Source: Takakia lepidozioides
Lineage: Eukaryota; Plantae; Bryophyta
Assembly: GCA_030704615.1 (NCBI GenBank)
Contig: CM060732.1
Coordinates: 17,980,001-18,044,000, forward strand
Length of the DNA: 64,000 bases
Direction of reading: 5' to 3'
Shown here piece by piece: positions 1 to 13,947 of the stretch. The position numbers were made by a program, and so were the translations under genes. The notes beneath the pieces were generated by a model. The model was not told where the DNA came from, searched no databases, and worked only from the letters and a program-made list of their open reading frames with translations. Each line of letters opens with the position of its first letter. Position 1 is the first letter of the stretch.

Positions 1-76
1 GCCTCTCCCTCTCTCTTTTTAACTTTTCTGCCCCCTCTCTCCCTCTCTGGGTTTTTTTTTTGTGAGCAGCACAAAA

Positions 77-254
77 AGAAAAAAGTATTACGCCTCCCGA
101 AGGGAGCGTAACTTATGGTGTCACTTCACCACAAGGGCTACTGCCTTCCAGCTGAAAGGTGGACACCTTCATGACACACCAGACCATGGTTTGAACCCAC
201 AACCACATCCAACGTGGTATGTGCCCATTACCACTGGGCTACATGTTGGTTGTC
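77..254 (-). mobile_element. tRNA-derived SINE
   Basis: The minus strand has a Pol III A-box (TAGCCCAGTGG), a B-box (GGTTCAAACC) and a T-rich 3' end. It is flanked by the direct repeat TGAGCAGCACAAAA at 63-76 and 255-268 (TSD). Related pieces occur at 5601-5680 and 6128-6200. Confidence 0.65.
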
Positions 255-2234
255 TGAGCAGCACAAAAGAGAGGGAGTACCCCTACGATTTCGTAGGCTT
301 CACAGAAGATGACAACAACACTCCTCTCTCCTTGTTTGCCGTACAGAGCAAATGTCATAGAGGGGACCATCAGACCACTTGCTATAGCCTTGTGGCCAAG
401 CCACCATGCTTGTTTCTGGATGAAGTAGAAAGTTGGGGTAAAGAGCCAAAAAGAGAGAAGGGAGACACTCGGTGTGGAGATTTAGGTCTCAATTGTTATG
501 CAGGCCCTGACCTGCATCTTCCTGGGCCTTCTTGGAGTGCACACACTCCAGGCAATCCAACTGCCCTTGCCCTCCGTAGTTTTACACTAGTGCACCTCAT
601 TCTGCTATCTAACTCCCACACACACTGTCGCTCACCCTTCCACATACTGAGCACTACGATATAGCAGCAGAAGTGCAACTCTCGCCTTGGATTACCCCAC
701 CAGGATTTCGAATGAATGGAGTATCCAGAGCAAGGTTGTCGGACGATGCCAATCTGATCCGAGGGATCAGAAGTACTGGAAAGCATGAAGCAGAACCTGC
801 TGGTACTGTAAAGAACTCTACCATGTGAGACACCTTACTGGGCCTGACATTGCCAGACAAACTGCTGGAATTTGACAGCATGTGTTCCTCTAACTAGCAC
901 AGACTCTCACCAAAAAGTTACCAATTCCAACCAGGTTACTATGCTGAAATTTGCTCCCCTCTGCAACAGTCCTGCATCCATGTTACCAGGATTCCTAACA
1001 CAAGACCATTTTTGCTGCCAGTCCAGCTGTGCTCGAATATACAAAATCAGACCTGTAACTATCTATGGAGTATTAAGTAAGCATACAAATATCCAATGTT
1101 GTTCGGATGCTTCAGACTGCACAATCTGATAAGAGCCAGTCTGAGATGAACTCTGTGCATATGCACTTTTGTTGTCCTGCCCTTATGCATGTTGCCAAGA
1201 TTCTCCATTCAAGCCCAAATAATTTGTTCAAGCTGGAAATCCAGGACAACAATCACTCCAAGCTCTCCTGGGACTGTCACTCTCTTACAAGGTTCACTTG
1301 CATAAGAGACCGCATGTGTGTGGAATTTCTAGTGACATATTCCGAATTCTCAGAGTGTCATAGGAAGTCACGGTCACATTTTTTGCCACCTTGTTACTAA
1401 GAGAATGATGCAACTGATCATCCACACTGTATAAGCCAGCCACCCATCCTCTAGTTGTTTCTGACGTACTGAGACTATCAATAGAGCTGCACCCAGGCTG
1501 AAAAATTGTGATTCAATGGAAACCAGAACTAACTTCAGTCAGGCGATGTTTGTAACATAATAGTTGATAAGGTTTATTTGACACCAAAAAATGTCGGGAT
1601 GTAGGAATCACTCGATGTCCTTGTAAAACGTTCCTCCAAATTATTGTCTGGAGGACAACTCAATTTGGACGACACTTTCCCGGAACTGCTATATGACGTC
1701 TCCCCATCCGAACCACCGATCTAAGACTTCGTAATTACACCAACGAGAACTCTAAAGCGAAAATTTAGCAACAGCACCTGGCTCAAATTGTGGCTTCATT
1801 GGAGAGGATTGACAGGTTACTTGGAAGATACAGAGCAAGATAGTAGAAAGTGGTAAGGAGCGCTAAAAATAATTAAGTCTGCCGTCGCAACAACATCATT
1901 TTTTTGCAGCGAATCAACTGGCAGGGAAGAAAACGTTAGGCAGGAGGTTCGTCCCCTCCATACAGTTATATATTCCTCCCTTTCTCCCAGGAACATTCAT
2001 AGCATCAGCCACACTAAACCCATACAGAGGGATGACAAGACTTGTGGATTATAAAGGGAAGTGGAAAACAAACGTTCAACTTGAGTGAACAAATGAATTC
2101 CATCTTTCACCATTTAAAGAAAAGTATCTGCAAACTGAAAGTAGTCGAATAAGCTTCCATTTTTTTGAAGTCTTGGAGCATGACATTGTCCAACTTTTCA
2201 CAAAATTGTAAACCTTCAACTGCAAAGCTGAATC

Positions 2235-2834
<600 letters not shown>

Positions 2835-4469
2835 TCACCAGATCGCCACTTCTCTCTGTGGCCTGCCCGTGCATCACATTTGGCGTGAAGCTCGAGGCAC
2901 ACGTGGATGGTCCACACATCATCGTGTGCTGCGCGTAACCATGCCATCGAGCGGTACCAGATTCGAGTATGTAGGATATTCGAATCACTAAGATCCGTTT
3001 GTCTTTTTCGTTAACCGCGTGAGTATTTCCATCCGCTGAGAACCAGTCATATTGTCATACTAGTGAAATCCAGGAATACTCTAAAATCTCTCTGGCGTAT
3101 GATACCCATGAATGGTCATGACATCGCCATACATGCATAAGGGTGCCACCCAACCGTCCCGATCATGGAGGGAACCCTAAATATCACTGGTATCATTCAT
3201 CCGTGATGCTGTACATCCATTGCAGTTGTGGCGCCATGTCATTTAGCATCGTACTCAAGTCCTGCAAGACAGGCTCACTGCTCTTTAACTTACTACCTTT
3301 CCGTCTGCTTCCATTTTTTGATTTCTTTAATTTCTTCTTCCATCCCCACACTATCACCCATCTTCCAACAACCAAACCAGTGTTGTACTGTTATTAAATT
3401 TTGATGATACCATGCGGGTCCTCATAGGAAGAATTAAGAACTTTGTGCTCCGGTATGTTCTCGAGTAGTAAAAAATTTATGGATTTTGCTACCAATGAGT
3501 ATCAATAACGCATGTTTACCTAGAAAATTTTCAATTCCGTAATCAACATTGGTATTGTAGAATGTAGAATGATGTATTGCATGTTATCAACAGTGGGTAG
3601 CAACATAGCGCACATTCAAAACATGTGAATCACATGCACAATGCAACAACATGTCTTTGAGCACATAGTCATTGACATCCAACTGAATGAGGGAAAACAC
3701 AACACATGTGCACATCGAAGTCCATAGTTCAAGACATAAATTACGTGCATGTACATCAGACACTCATACTAAGAAGCTCATACTAGGAGCAACAACAACG
3801 CACGAGGCGGCTAGTACCAACAATGAGCACCAAACCCTAACCCCAGTTGGGTACGGTTTCTTAGGAAAGACGGCTTTAGGAAAACCCGACATGTTGATTT
3901 TTGCGCCCGCCGCACCCATGGCCATATCCTATTCCAAAGTATGCAAGCATGTACAAAAATTCATGCCAAATTGCCAAACGATGCTATGCGCTCCTTTGTA
4001 TGTGTTCTTTGGGAGGTTGAGATATGGGCTAGACCATGGAGTTTCTAACATTGTCAGAAAGTGTACAGAAATCCAAGATTTTTTTCTATCCGAGCCGTGA
4101 GAGAATGAGTTCCTATTATCCTCATCAGAATGTCAATTTTTTTTGGGAATCCAATGGTGAATTTTCCAAAATTTGAGGCCTAAGTGGGGCCAAGTGTTTT
4201 GGAGCTAGCTGCTCCATGCACCAAAAGAAAGTTGCCACAGAGGTGGTCAACCCTGCCTGGCCCCTCTCCTTACCTAACCGAAGTGTTTTTGCAAAATTTT
4301 GCAAGTCAGGGTTTTACTCCAATATGCTTTCAATTCAATTTGTGGGTGGGGACCATGTTGTCGGCAAATTTATTGCTCATTTAGTTTCACTAAAATCTCA
4401 GCAAGATATCCCCATTTTTCTTACAGGTCGCAACCCGAATCGGGTCGCATAGGAAGTTAAGGGTTAAGG

Positions 4470-4925
4470 GTGACCACCAGTATTTTGCAGTTGTACCTAA
4501 TTATCAAAAATTAGGGGCAACCGTCAAAATCTGACGGTCACATATAAATTCAAATTAAATAGAAACTGGTGGTCATATGTAATAAAATAAAACAAAGAAT
4601 GATGTGACCGCCAGATATCAGCGGTTGTATGTATTAAAGAAAATAAAAGAAATGTGACCGCCAAAATTTGGCAGTCACATGTAATTAGAAAAAACTAAAA
4701 TATGTGCGGCCACTAGAAATTGGGGGTCGCACGTAATTTTATTTTTTTGAAACGGTGCGACCACCGGCCAAATGTAAAAACAAAACAGAAAAAAATAGGT
4801 ACGACCACCAGTAATCAGCGACCGCATGTAATTATATATATAAAAATAGGTGCGATCGCCAGAAATTGGTATTTGCATGTAATAATAATAATGATAATAA
4901 GTGCGACCATAAAAAATGGTCAGTC
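4470..4925. repeat. Degenerate AT-rich repeat array with short hairpin units (GTGACCGCCA...TGGCGGTCAC-like), probably a MITE remnant
   Basis: About 8 imperfect copies of a gcgacc/gtgacc...ggtc motif separated by A-rich spacers. Confidence 0.4.
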
Positions 4926-5600
4926 ATATGTTTTTTTTTTTTTTAAGGTACGAGTGTCTAATTTCCAAACTAACCCCTCGGCCAACGTTTGCTCGTCAGG
5001 GCATAACATTCCCATTTTCTCTTCCAAACAACCCTCGGCCATATGGGCTGAGTGGAAATTCCCTATGGTTGTAGACAGTTCGGAGTAGCTCCATACATTC
5101 AATGATCGTTTATTCGGCTCACTTGTTTGCTTTACTAGCTCTGGTCGCAACTTAATGGGCATGCACCGTTCTCATATTACTATCCCTATATATAAATCTG
5201 TAGGTGTCGATGGGGATTGCTTGATCAATCCGTGCCCTTTTTGGTGGATCACCACTATGACCTAGGGGCTGAAAATCCATAAGCATCGAGCAGTGAGCAA
5301 GTGAGCACGGACCTGTTTGCCGAACCACTTCCGAACCTATCTTTAGGTTCAGGGTAGGTTCCGTTTTAGAGATTCCGATTTTGCCTGCACCGTTCGGCGC
5401 CTAACCGTGCTATAGGCTCGGTAGTGGTCCGAACCTGCTATGTAGTTGCCATTTTCCGAAGCAACTTTGCTTCGGGGATTTTAAGAAAATAACTTTTTGG
5501 TTTGACATAGGCTCGGCGTAGGTTCGGAGACTTTTCGGTGGGGAATATTCTACTGAACATGGTATAATTCTTTTGTTCGGCAGCATCTGTTCATGGAAGA

Positions 5601-5680
5601 TGGACACCTTAGTGACACCAATCGGTAGATTGAACCCAGAATCACTTTTGAGGTGGTATGTGCCCATTACCAATGGGCTA
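5601..5680 (-). mobile_element. SINE 5' fragment (same family as 77-254)
   Basis: Shares tggacacctt...gtggtatgtgcccattacca.tgggcta with 160-241. A-box and B-box are recognisable on the minus strand. Confidence 0.6.
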
Positions 5681-6127
5681 AAACTATTAATAAAGTATTA
5701 CTAATACGCAACAGCTCTATAGGCTATTAAGCTATTTTAAAGATAAATAAATAATAAATATTTTTTTCCTACTAATATTTATGACGCATTAAGAGATAGG
5801 AGCTTCAAAGCTATTCATTATTGTAAAGACATTCCATATACATCTATGACCAAAGTTTAAAAGCTAGTATAGATAATGCAAAGCTCTAAATGACGAGGGT
5901 TTAGGGTTTGGGTTGAAGGCAGAACTTTAAAACTACAAATTAGACAAAGAAACAAATTTCTTATATATCTTTAATTTATCATTTAAACGTGTTGCTGAAA
6001 TTTTATTTTCTTAAAATGCTCAATTTTATTTTTAGTATTAGTTTTATTATTATGATGAAACAGTTGTACTTTGACCCTCAATAAATTTATATTACTTTCA
6101 GATGGTTGAAGAATTTAAAAAAAATAT

Positions 6128-6200
6128 GACGCCTCTCGAAGGAAGTATAAATTATGGTGTATCTTGATCTCGAAGGCTACTATCTTTTAAATTTTAAGGT
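6128..6200 (-). mobile_element. SINE 3' fragment (same family as 77-254)
   Basis: acgcctctcgaaggaagtataattatggtg...aaggctact matches 90-145. Confidence 0.5.
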
Positions 6201-7029
6201 CTTTAGTGTGTGTGTGGGCCCCGCCAGTATGGCCCATGGGGTCACCCCAAGTCAAAGGCCTGCACGCCCACGTCCGCATGTCCACTCGACAGTCCATTAG
6301 TGAGTCCACTAAATGGTCCGCTTAACCATCCAATCCACTGGATGGTCCGCGATATAGGTCGGTGGAGCGCCTGTCCGTTGGGTTCACTCTCTAAGTCCGC
6401 CGCGCTGCACCCGCCTGCGACATAGAAGAAATCAGGACTTAGAATGTTTTTGCAGAATAATGGATTCATAAAATATTTTATTATAAGTCAGACTCACGAC
6501 AGGGAAGCTACGCCATGAGCCTGCTCGCGTGAGCCTATGAGCCCCAAGCTCACGATTGACCCACTAAGCGTGAGCTTGGGCGTCACGCTTAGTGGTAGTG
6601 AGCGCAGAGTGGTGCGGTATTAGAAAGGGGGCCTATACCCGAGGATAAATGCAGACCTATTCCCACGAGAATACCAGCAGCGCCATTTGGAAAATTGGAA
6701 TCATATTGGTGCATTCATTATGTGCCTATAATCAGGTGTGAGGACTTATGTGGGCGTTGACAACCACATAATTCCTCACAAAGCAGTATGTTGGAATATG
6801 TTTCTGCAATATGTTTTTATTTTATTTTTCCAAAATAATTTGAGATTTTTTCTTTTTATTGTGTCATTGGAGGACTTGCGGGAGGTCCATGAATTATGTG
6901 GATGTCAACGCCCACATAAGTCCTCAAATTTTATATACCTGTTTTTTTTCTTGAAAATTTTGGGTTCTTTTTCTTTTTCTTTTTCTTTTGAGGACTTGCG
7001 GGAGGTCCACGAGTATGTGGGCGTCAACG

Positions 7030-7640
7030 CCCAAACTCAGCCTCTGGATCCCTTTTGATGTCTGCAAGCAATTTAGCCCATGCCTTCCTAGCCTCAATTT
7101 GAACCTCATAGAAGATTGTAGCTAAAAGAACAGATAGGCAACCTCTCTCTCCACTAAGAGACCATTTGCACCTTACCTTCCAGATATTCCACAAGGCTAT
7201 AGATCTGAAGGCTTCATAGACAGAGCATTGACAGTGTATATGATGAGATTCAACATCGTAGTTCAACAGTTGGTGAATCGCAGAGGGAGATCCAGGTTTC
7301 TAGATCTGCATCATTGATAGCAGGAGAGGCCAAGTTTTTGAGGGGATAGAGCACTGGAGGAGGCAATGTTCTATCGATTTTGCTAGGCCAAGGGTACAAC
7401 ATTTGCAAAGAAGTGCCTCCGAGAAGGATAACCAAGCCCCGACCTTGATCACTATGTTCGCCAGTTGCCATAAGAATGTTGCGACCTTCGCAGGTCTAAC
7501 TTTGTTCCATATTAAAGACCATATGAAATTCCACTTTGCTTGGGACAACCCATGCCTGGCCCATTTGGAGTTCCATTTTTGCAGAAAAGGTGTGGCTCGA
7601 GAAAGGAACGATAAGCAGCCTTGGCAGAGTAGTTGAAAAA
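7030..7640 (-). pseudogene. LINE ORF2 3' fragment (zf-RVT region)
   Basis: WSLIWNKVRPAKVATFLWQL...CKCC...SIEHCLLQC and IALWNIWKVRC are typical of the C-terminus of plant L1-type RT. Frameshifted. Confidence 0.75.
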
Positions 7641-7740
7641 CGATGGACGAGAGGGCTCAAAGTCCCAAGCAGTGTTGTGGTGCTGGCGGAGACCTCCTTG
7701 CACGGTTAGGCTTCTGGAGAGATGACGACTCTCCCCCAAA

Positions 7741-7782
<42 letters not shown>

Positions 7783-9059
7783 TTCTTTTTCTGTTTGTCT
7801 TGCTTCCCTGCTTTCTTTGGCATTCTCTGCGCTTAGATTGAAGTCTATTTGACCTCAATAGCAAGTGTGGAAGCCTGCTACTCACCTCGTGCATCCTCAC
7901 TAACTCACAATGCGTTGTGGTTGTTTTTGGGACGGGCACAGGTGAGGGCTTCCACTTAATATTCTAATGTGTAGGTGTTGTTGGATGCCAAGTGGGAATG
8001 CAGAACAGGGGAAGGAATCGCTTGCTAGGGACTCATCTTAAAATGTTGAAAAACTAAACTACTCTATGGTTTTTCTTGATCTTACCTCTTTCCTTCCTTT
8101 ATTTTTGAAGAACAAGTGTAATGCTTTCTACGATGGGCTATTTTCGGCCCAACCAGTGGAAGACCTCTGTTTTGTTGTGACAGCCGGGTTTATGATGGCT
8201 TGTGTGTAAGACACACATCTGTTTTCCAGGCCCTAGTTTGCTTTGCTTACCTTACGGTAGTTGGAAACAAGTTGAGAGGCTGCAAGAAACTGTTTGTTGC
8301 AGCTATTCGGGTATCCATGTTGGTCCCTGTTATGTTCCAACCCGGATGGCTTTGTTAGCTAGATGCTAGGCCAGGGTAAGTTGAAGATTCTGCCTGTGGA
8401 TATTCGGCTGACAATGAAATATGGCAACAATATATAACTGGTAACTGGTTTTTGAGGCAGCCAGGGTGGTCAAGTGGAAAATACCCCATGGACATGGTGT
8501 AATGACATGGTCAAATGTGGAATGATGTGAATAGGGTGTACTGACAGTATTATATACTGTCACATGATGTGTATGCAGTCCTTTATCTTTACCTTGCTGG
8601 GTCATGAACTTTGATTTTCAGCTTTAGCAAGAAATAAAAGTATAGGGGTATTCTGGAAAACTTACTAGACATATCCACCTCCCCTGTGGGGGCAAGCGCT
8701 TGGCAAGAGGCTTTGATTTAGGTAGCAGTGTTGTGGTGCTGGCGGCTCCAGCCAAGGAAGAAGATCCGAAAATGAGGAAGAATGGGGAAGGGTTTGATCC
8801 ATAATAAGAGACCAGCAACTGCAACTGTGAGGAGGAAGGAGCACCCAAGACATTTCATCATGGAGAGAGAGAGCTCGAACTGACTGAAACGAGATAAAAG
8901 AAAAAAGAAAATAAAAAATGACAATGGAGACTATGGAGTGCAGGGCGAATTACAGAGAGATGGAAAGGATGGAGGGGGGATTACACTAAAAGGGGAGCAG
9001 GTTTAGATGCCAGGGAGAGCAAGAGCGCAAAATAAGAAACATCTAGCAGCTCCAACATT

Positions 9060-9751
9060 CACAGGGTTGTTCCGACCTTATCATAGTGGGGAGTCAAAGG
9101 ACCACAAGTTCTGGTTCTGCCCAGACGATATGGCGTCAAGGGAACAGTTCGTCCTTCGGTGATAATGAAGCCCCCTCCCCCCGCAATTTGGCCTGTGAAA
9201 CTTGGGATGTCGCTGTCATCAACCGAGATAAGCATGCTGGAGGAGGGAGGGTTCTGTCTTGCACGGTCCCGGGTGGTGCCCTCATGCACTGTCGGCACAG
9301 ATGTGCCACATGCTCCAGCAATGCCTCCACCCGGTGCCAACTCCCACCCAACAAAAAGAGATGGAAAAACAGTGCGCCGTGTTGCTTCGGGTGCAGATCA
9401 CGAATGCAAGATGGAATCGGCTAGAATTTTGCAGGTTCGGGTGACTCGTATCACCAAAGTCCCTGCCCCGGGGTATGGACGGATTTACACAATGCTGTCT
9501 ATTGGCTCAGTTCTTCATGGCAAAGAATATCAGGTTACCGTGGGGAATTTCCCTACGTGCACTTGTCCGGATTTTGTAACGATGCGTGAGGGCGCTCTCG
9601 GCATGAGAGGGAAGTGAGTCCCCTACAAGCATCAATATTACATATACCTTGTAATTATGTGCTGCGACGGTAAGAGAGACCAATTCATTCACCAAGCCAC
9701 ACTAGGCTACGGAGAAGTAATCACCCTTCTACAGCGGGACACCTCACGTAG
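9060..9751 (+). pseudogene. MULE transposase C-terminal fragment with SWIM zinc finger
   Basis: HKFWFC..., IWPVKLG, YQVTVGNFPTCTCPDF. Premature stop at 9615-9617. Homologous to 10650-11303 and 28089-28750. Confidence 0.8.
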
Positions 9752-9983
9752 GGCTCCGCCAAATTCTCTTTGAACACATACGAGCCATGCCCGCTTCCCA
9801 TGCTGGTTTCCAGGTTACCGTGTAAAGACTTTGCATTTAGGACAAACACATACATTTCGTTCGCGGAACCAGGGCAAATGCACATGCCATTACTTGTAAG
9901 CGTCTATCTGTGAATTGAAATAAAGTGTGTTAATCATTCTGAGCTCAAATCTGCTATATTTTCATATTCCTCTTTTTGTGCAG

Positions 9984-11303
9984 GCATTGCAGACATGGTG
10001 CATGGTGGCCCCCTTTGTTTTGTCCACGGTAATAGGCCCTCTTCCTGCAATCCTCGCCTATAGGACCTGCTTCTCCAGCAGATTTGTGCCGCTCACGCTT
10101 TGCAGCTACAACGTGAGCTCAGCTCCCAGGCTCACGGGGCTGGGCTCACGCCGTAGCTACGTTGGCAAAATAGCGCGGGCAGTTAGCATATGTGCAGATG
10201 GCACCCCTCTCGTGGGAAGAGTTCCCTATCTGGAAGGCGAAGAGAGATTCGGGTCTTGCAAACGGAAATTGGATACCCCTCCCGGATCGGATGCAGATTC
10301 CCATAGGGCGGACCGGGTCAACTCTTCGACGCCACGTGTTCCCTTGGATCAGAGATGGAATTGCGGAACATCCACAGGTGAGGGCCATTCTGCCCCAGAC
10401 CGGACCCCTGCATCAAGCACTGTCACTGCAATGGTTGAAGACCAGAACGTGGTGCCGCATGTAATAGAGTCCATGTGCTTGGACGAGGTTTGGCATATAG
10501 AACGCACAAGTGCTGGATCGCGTGTGAAATGCGCGGCGATCAGGGCCACCAATCATGAAAAATGTACATCATTAATATCCAGAGGGAAAGAACGCACTGC
10601 AGCTCCTACATTCACTGGTTTGTTTCTCCCTTACGGCCAAGGAGAGGCAAAGAACCACAAGTTCTGGTTTTGCGCTGATGATTGCGGGAGATGTGTGCGT
10701 GGGATAGTGAGGCCCTCCGTGGTGAGGAAGCCTACTCCACCAACCGTGTGGCCTGTGAAGATGGGCACAGGTCTCAATCACCAAGAAATCGCAATGTTGT
10801 AAGAGGCGGGTTTCTCCCTAGCCAGACATTCCATTATACGTGAAGGTGCTTCAAGTACAAGCGGTTCACGGGTACCTCCGCCCGACGCTCACTTGTGGCC
10901 AACCAGACAGAATGGGAAGCTGGTTCGACGATTCCCTCCAACCGCAGAACACTATGGCAAAATCGAGTCCGCGAGAATGCTTCACGCTCGTGTTGCGGGA
11001 ACAATGGAAGTGCCTGATCCAGGGTATGGTCGGGTCTTCACCATGATCTCATCCGCATCCCTGCTGGAGGACAAGACGTACGACATCACTGTTTCCAATT
11101 TTCCCAATTGTACCTGTCCTGATTTTGTTGGTATGCTTTCAAGTAGTTTGGGAAAGAGAGGGAAGTTCATACCGTGCAAACACCTTTACTTCGTCTTCTT
11201 GAGAAGGATGGTTTGTGATCCAAAGCGAGACTTCTTCATTCACCAAGCCACTATGAGTTTCAACGAAGTCAACATACTTCTACAGCGGGATACAAGCCCA
11301 TAG
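9984..11303 (+). pseudogene. MULE transposase last-exon remnant with SWIM zinc finger
   Basis: ERFGSCKRKLDTPPGSD..HRADRVN, WHIER, FWFC and the SWIM motif CTCPDF...PCKHLY. In-frame stop at 10800-10802. Preceded by an acceptor-like ttgtgcag. Confidence 0.8.
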
Positions 11304-11502
11304 AAAGCATGCACTTGACACTCTGAAATCTTTGTTTTCCTTGACTACAACTTGTAATGGAATGACTATTCAAGTCCAGTGTCTCTCAATGTATGTCGTC
11401 TAACATCTTTGCTATGCGTGGGTCAATGCATTTGTCGCATTGGTTTGTCATTCTGTTTTAATTAGCAAGCACAAGAAACTACCTTCAGATAGACAGATGA
11501 TC

Positions 11503-11705
11503 AAATCAACCTCGTGTTAACACGAGGTTTACTTGGAGTTTTCCAAATCCCCCTTGTGCCGACACAAGGTTGATTTTAGTTCTAAGAAAACAACATTGTG
11601 TCAACACGAGGTTGATATGAAGTTCTCCAAATCAACCTCGTGTTGACACGATGTTGATTTTAGTTCCAGGAAAACAACCTCGTGTTAACACAACGTTCAT
11701 TTCAG
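11503..11705. repeat. Array of AACCTCGTGTTAACACGAGGTT palindromes
   Basis: 4-5 perfect or imperfect copies of the 22-bp palindrome, subterminal to the TIR at about 11994. Confidence 0.75.
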
Positions 11706-11994
11706 TTCTAGGAAATGAAGCTCCCGTTAATAGAAGGTTGAACTCCAGGAAAGCCCGAAACCCTTCATCCGTTTCACCTTCATGTGGTGAAATCAGCAGT
11801 TGGGGGCCCCACGGTTATAGGCCCACCTTCTTTGTGGTGACATGGCATGACCTGGACCAGGCTCACGCCACGTCAGCATCAGCGCTATGTCAGCTGCGTG
11901 AGCGTAGGCTCACGCCACGTCATCGTTGTGTGAGCGTACGCTCACACGCTCACGCGCCAGGCTCACGCGGTAGCGTCGTTGGATTAAGACTTAT

Positions 11995-12630
11995 CATATA
12001 GCAGGCTGGAGCCATGGTGTCCCTAGCCTGTTCTACGGTATATCACTACAACTTTGCATGTATCAAGCATCTACTGATCATCTCTCCTCCTTCACCGTGC
12101 TCTCCATCCTTGCTCCCGTTCCTGCTCTCCGCCTGATCTTCTCTCGTGAATGACCAAGAAGTGCTCTCCGTGAAGTGTCCTCCATGTCACTGCTCTGCTT
12201 AATTTATCTGCAAGCTGTTCTAACCGCCTAACTAACTAACTGTCACCCAAGAAATAAGTACGTTCCCTCTGCAGATGTCGTTCCCACACAGTCGTTCTCT
12301 GCCAATGATAACCGTTCCCTATGTACGCTGTGACGGGCTGTGCCAAGCTGTATCGGGCTGTGACTGTGCCGAGCTGTGACTGGCTGTGTCGGACTGTGTC
12401 GGCTGTGACTGGCTGTGTAAAGTTGTGTCGGGCTGTGACTGGCTGTGCGAAGCTGTGTCGGGCTGTGATAGACTGTGACTAACTATGATAGGCTGTGATT
12501 GACTGTACAACCTTGTGTACCTCCCCCTAAGTCTGTGTTGGTCTAAGTCTATCATCGTAAGTCTACGCAAAAATTAAGGGTACCCCACAGAACCCGTAAA
12601 AATGTCTAAGTCCCAGACAGCCCTCTAACA
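11995..12630 (-). repeat. Truncated LTR related to the LTRs of the 12942-26598 Gypsy element
   Basis: Aligns with about 13240-13947, including the 10-bp minisatellite and the terminal CCCTCTAACA, but is more diverged than the paired LTRs. Confidence 0.8.
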
Positions 12631-12699
12631 CACTGGTCGAGGTGTTGCCCTCGGCTCCCTGGCCCTGCCACCATCCTAAGGGCTGAACTCATGGCCATC

Positions 12700-12941
12700 T
12701 ACGATGCTTTCTCGTCCCCCTGGAGCCTTTGCATATTTTTGATTTGCATTTCTTGAAAGAGGGGTCCGAATTGCCATGCAAGCCACTCTAGATCCTGGTG
12801 GGGTGCGTTCTATATGCCACTCACTATCAATGCAATCAGATTCATGCACCATGGCCACCACCTCCTCCAATGGGATTCCTGCTGCTGTGCTTGCATGATC
12901 TGCACCTGTTCCACTGGAGGAGGACCCATCTGGGAAGGGGT
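12700..12941 (-). pseudogene. Old MULE transposase, downstream part split off by the Gypsy insertion
   Basis: Joining 26599 to 12936 across the TSD restores one frame: RPDRVNFSVLRVSPVQTKSCARP|FPDGSS...HESDCIDSEWHIERTPPGSRV, homologous to 10300-10550. Confidence 0.8.
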
Positions 12942-13947
12942 TGTCGGATGGCTTTTACTCACCCATCCCTTCGCTATCCGAGGTGGAAACTCCAAGATAG
13001 AAGAGTTGGATATCTCTAAGCACTCAGCCCGCTCAGAACAATCAGTCATGACCTGCAGCTAGTGAATCATGGTTGTGCTTCCTAATTGTATTCCTTCATG
13101 TTATCAATTTACCCTTCCGTGTATACTGAAGCATCAGATTGCTTCAGTATCTACTAAGTTCCAATTAATCATGCATTCATTCCACAACTTCACTCATATC
13201 TCTCTACACAGTGTGATTGTATCGAATAAGTATCAGATTATGATTTAGCAGGTCAGGCCAATGCCATGGTGACTCTAATCTGCCCTACAGTATCACTACA
13301 GCTTTGCATGTACAAGCATCTATTGTTCATCTCTCCTCCTTCTCCGTGCTCTCGTTCTTGCTCTCCGCCTGATCTCCTCTCATGCATGACCAAGAACCCC
13401 TCCCCATGAAGTGCTCTCTTCCTGTTGCCGCTCTCCTTAATCTACCCCCAAGCTGTTCTAACCACCTAACTAACTAACCGTCACCCCTGAAGTAACACGT
13501 TCCCCCTGCAGATGTCGTTCCCACACAGTCGTTCCCTGTCAATGATAACTGTTCCCCATGTACTGTGACAGGCTGTGTCAAGCTGTGCCGAGCTGTGACT
13601 GGCTGTGTAAAGTTGTGTCGGGCTGTGTCGGGCTGTGTACAGCTGTGCGAAGCTGTGGTGGCTGTGACTGACTGTGACGGGCTGTGTGAAGCTGTGCAAA
13701 ACTGTGGCGGGCTGTGACTGGCTGTGACGGGCTGTGTGAAGCTGTGCAAAACTGTGGCGGGCTATGACTAGCTGTGACGGGCTGTATGAAGTTGTGTGGA
13801 GCTGTGTCGGGCTGTGTCGGGCTGTGTAACCTCCCTAAAGCCTACTGCTGCCACCCCTAAGGCTCATGTTGGTCTCAGTCTGCACAAAAATTAAGGGTAC
13901 CCCACAGAACCCGTAAAAGCGTCTAAGTCCCAAGCAGCCCTCTAACA
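12942..13947 (-). repeat. 3' LTR (contains 10-bp GGCTGTGAC/GGCTGTGTC minisatellite)
   Basis: Near-identical to 25584-26598. On the element strand it is preceded by the [16 protein letters not shown] at 13952-13964. Confidence 0.95.

Larger units (their letters stand above)
6483..11994 (+). mobile_element. Putative TIR DNA transposon containing MULE/SWIM transposase remnants
   Basis: Imperfect inverted ends ATAAGTC...gctac.c..tgagcctg..cgcgtgagc (6483-6550) and gctcacgcgccaggctcacgcggtagc...GACTTAT (11940-11994). Subterminal palindrome arrays lie on both arms. No convincing TSD. Confidence 0.45.

Noticed and set aside
280-1420. Short ORFs that might be exons of a host gene
   Set aside because: No recognisable motif or consistent splice structure.
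3830-4465. Possible piggyBac-like MITE (ctaa-CCC ... GGG-ttaa) or telomere-like AAACCCTAA
   Set aside because: Inverted similarity is limited to a few bases, the left TTAA is imperfect, and there is only one telomere-like unit.
7780-8920. Possible degenerate LINE ORF1/endonuclease region next to the zf-RVT fragment
   Set aside because: Too decayed to support by eye; a translated search would be needed.
13474-13830. Repetitive ORFs (HSFTQPVTA...) in the LTRs, also 12319-12570 and 26125-26538
   Set aside because: Translations of the 10-bp minisatellite.
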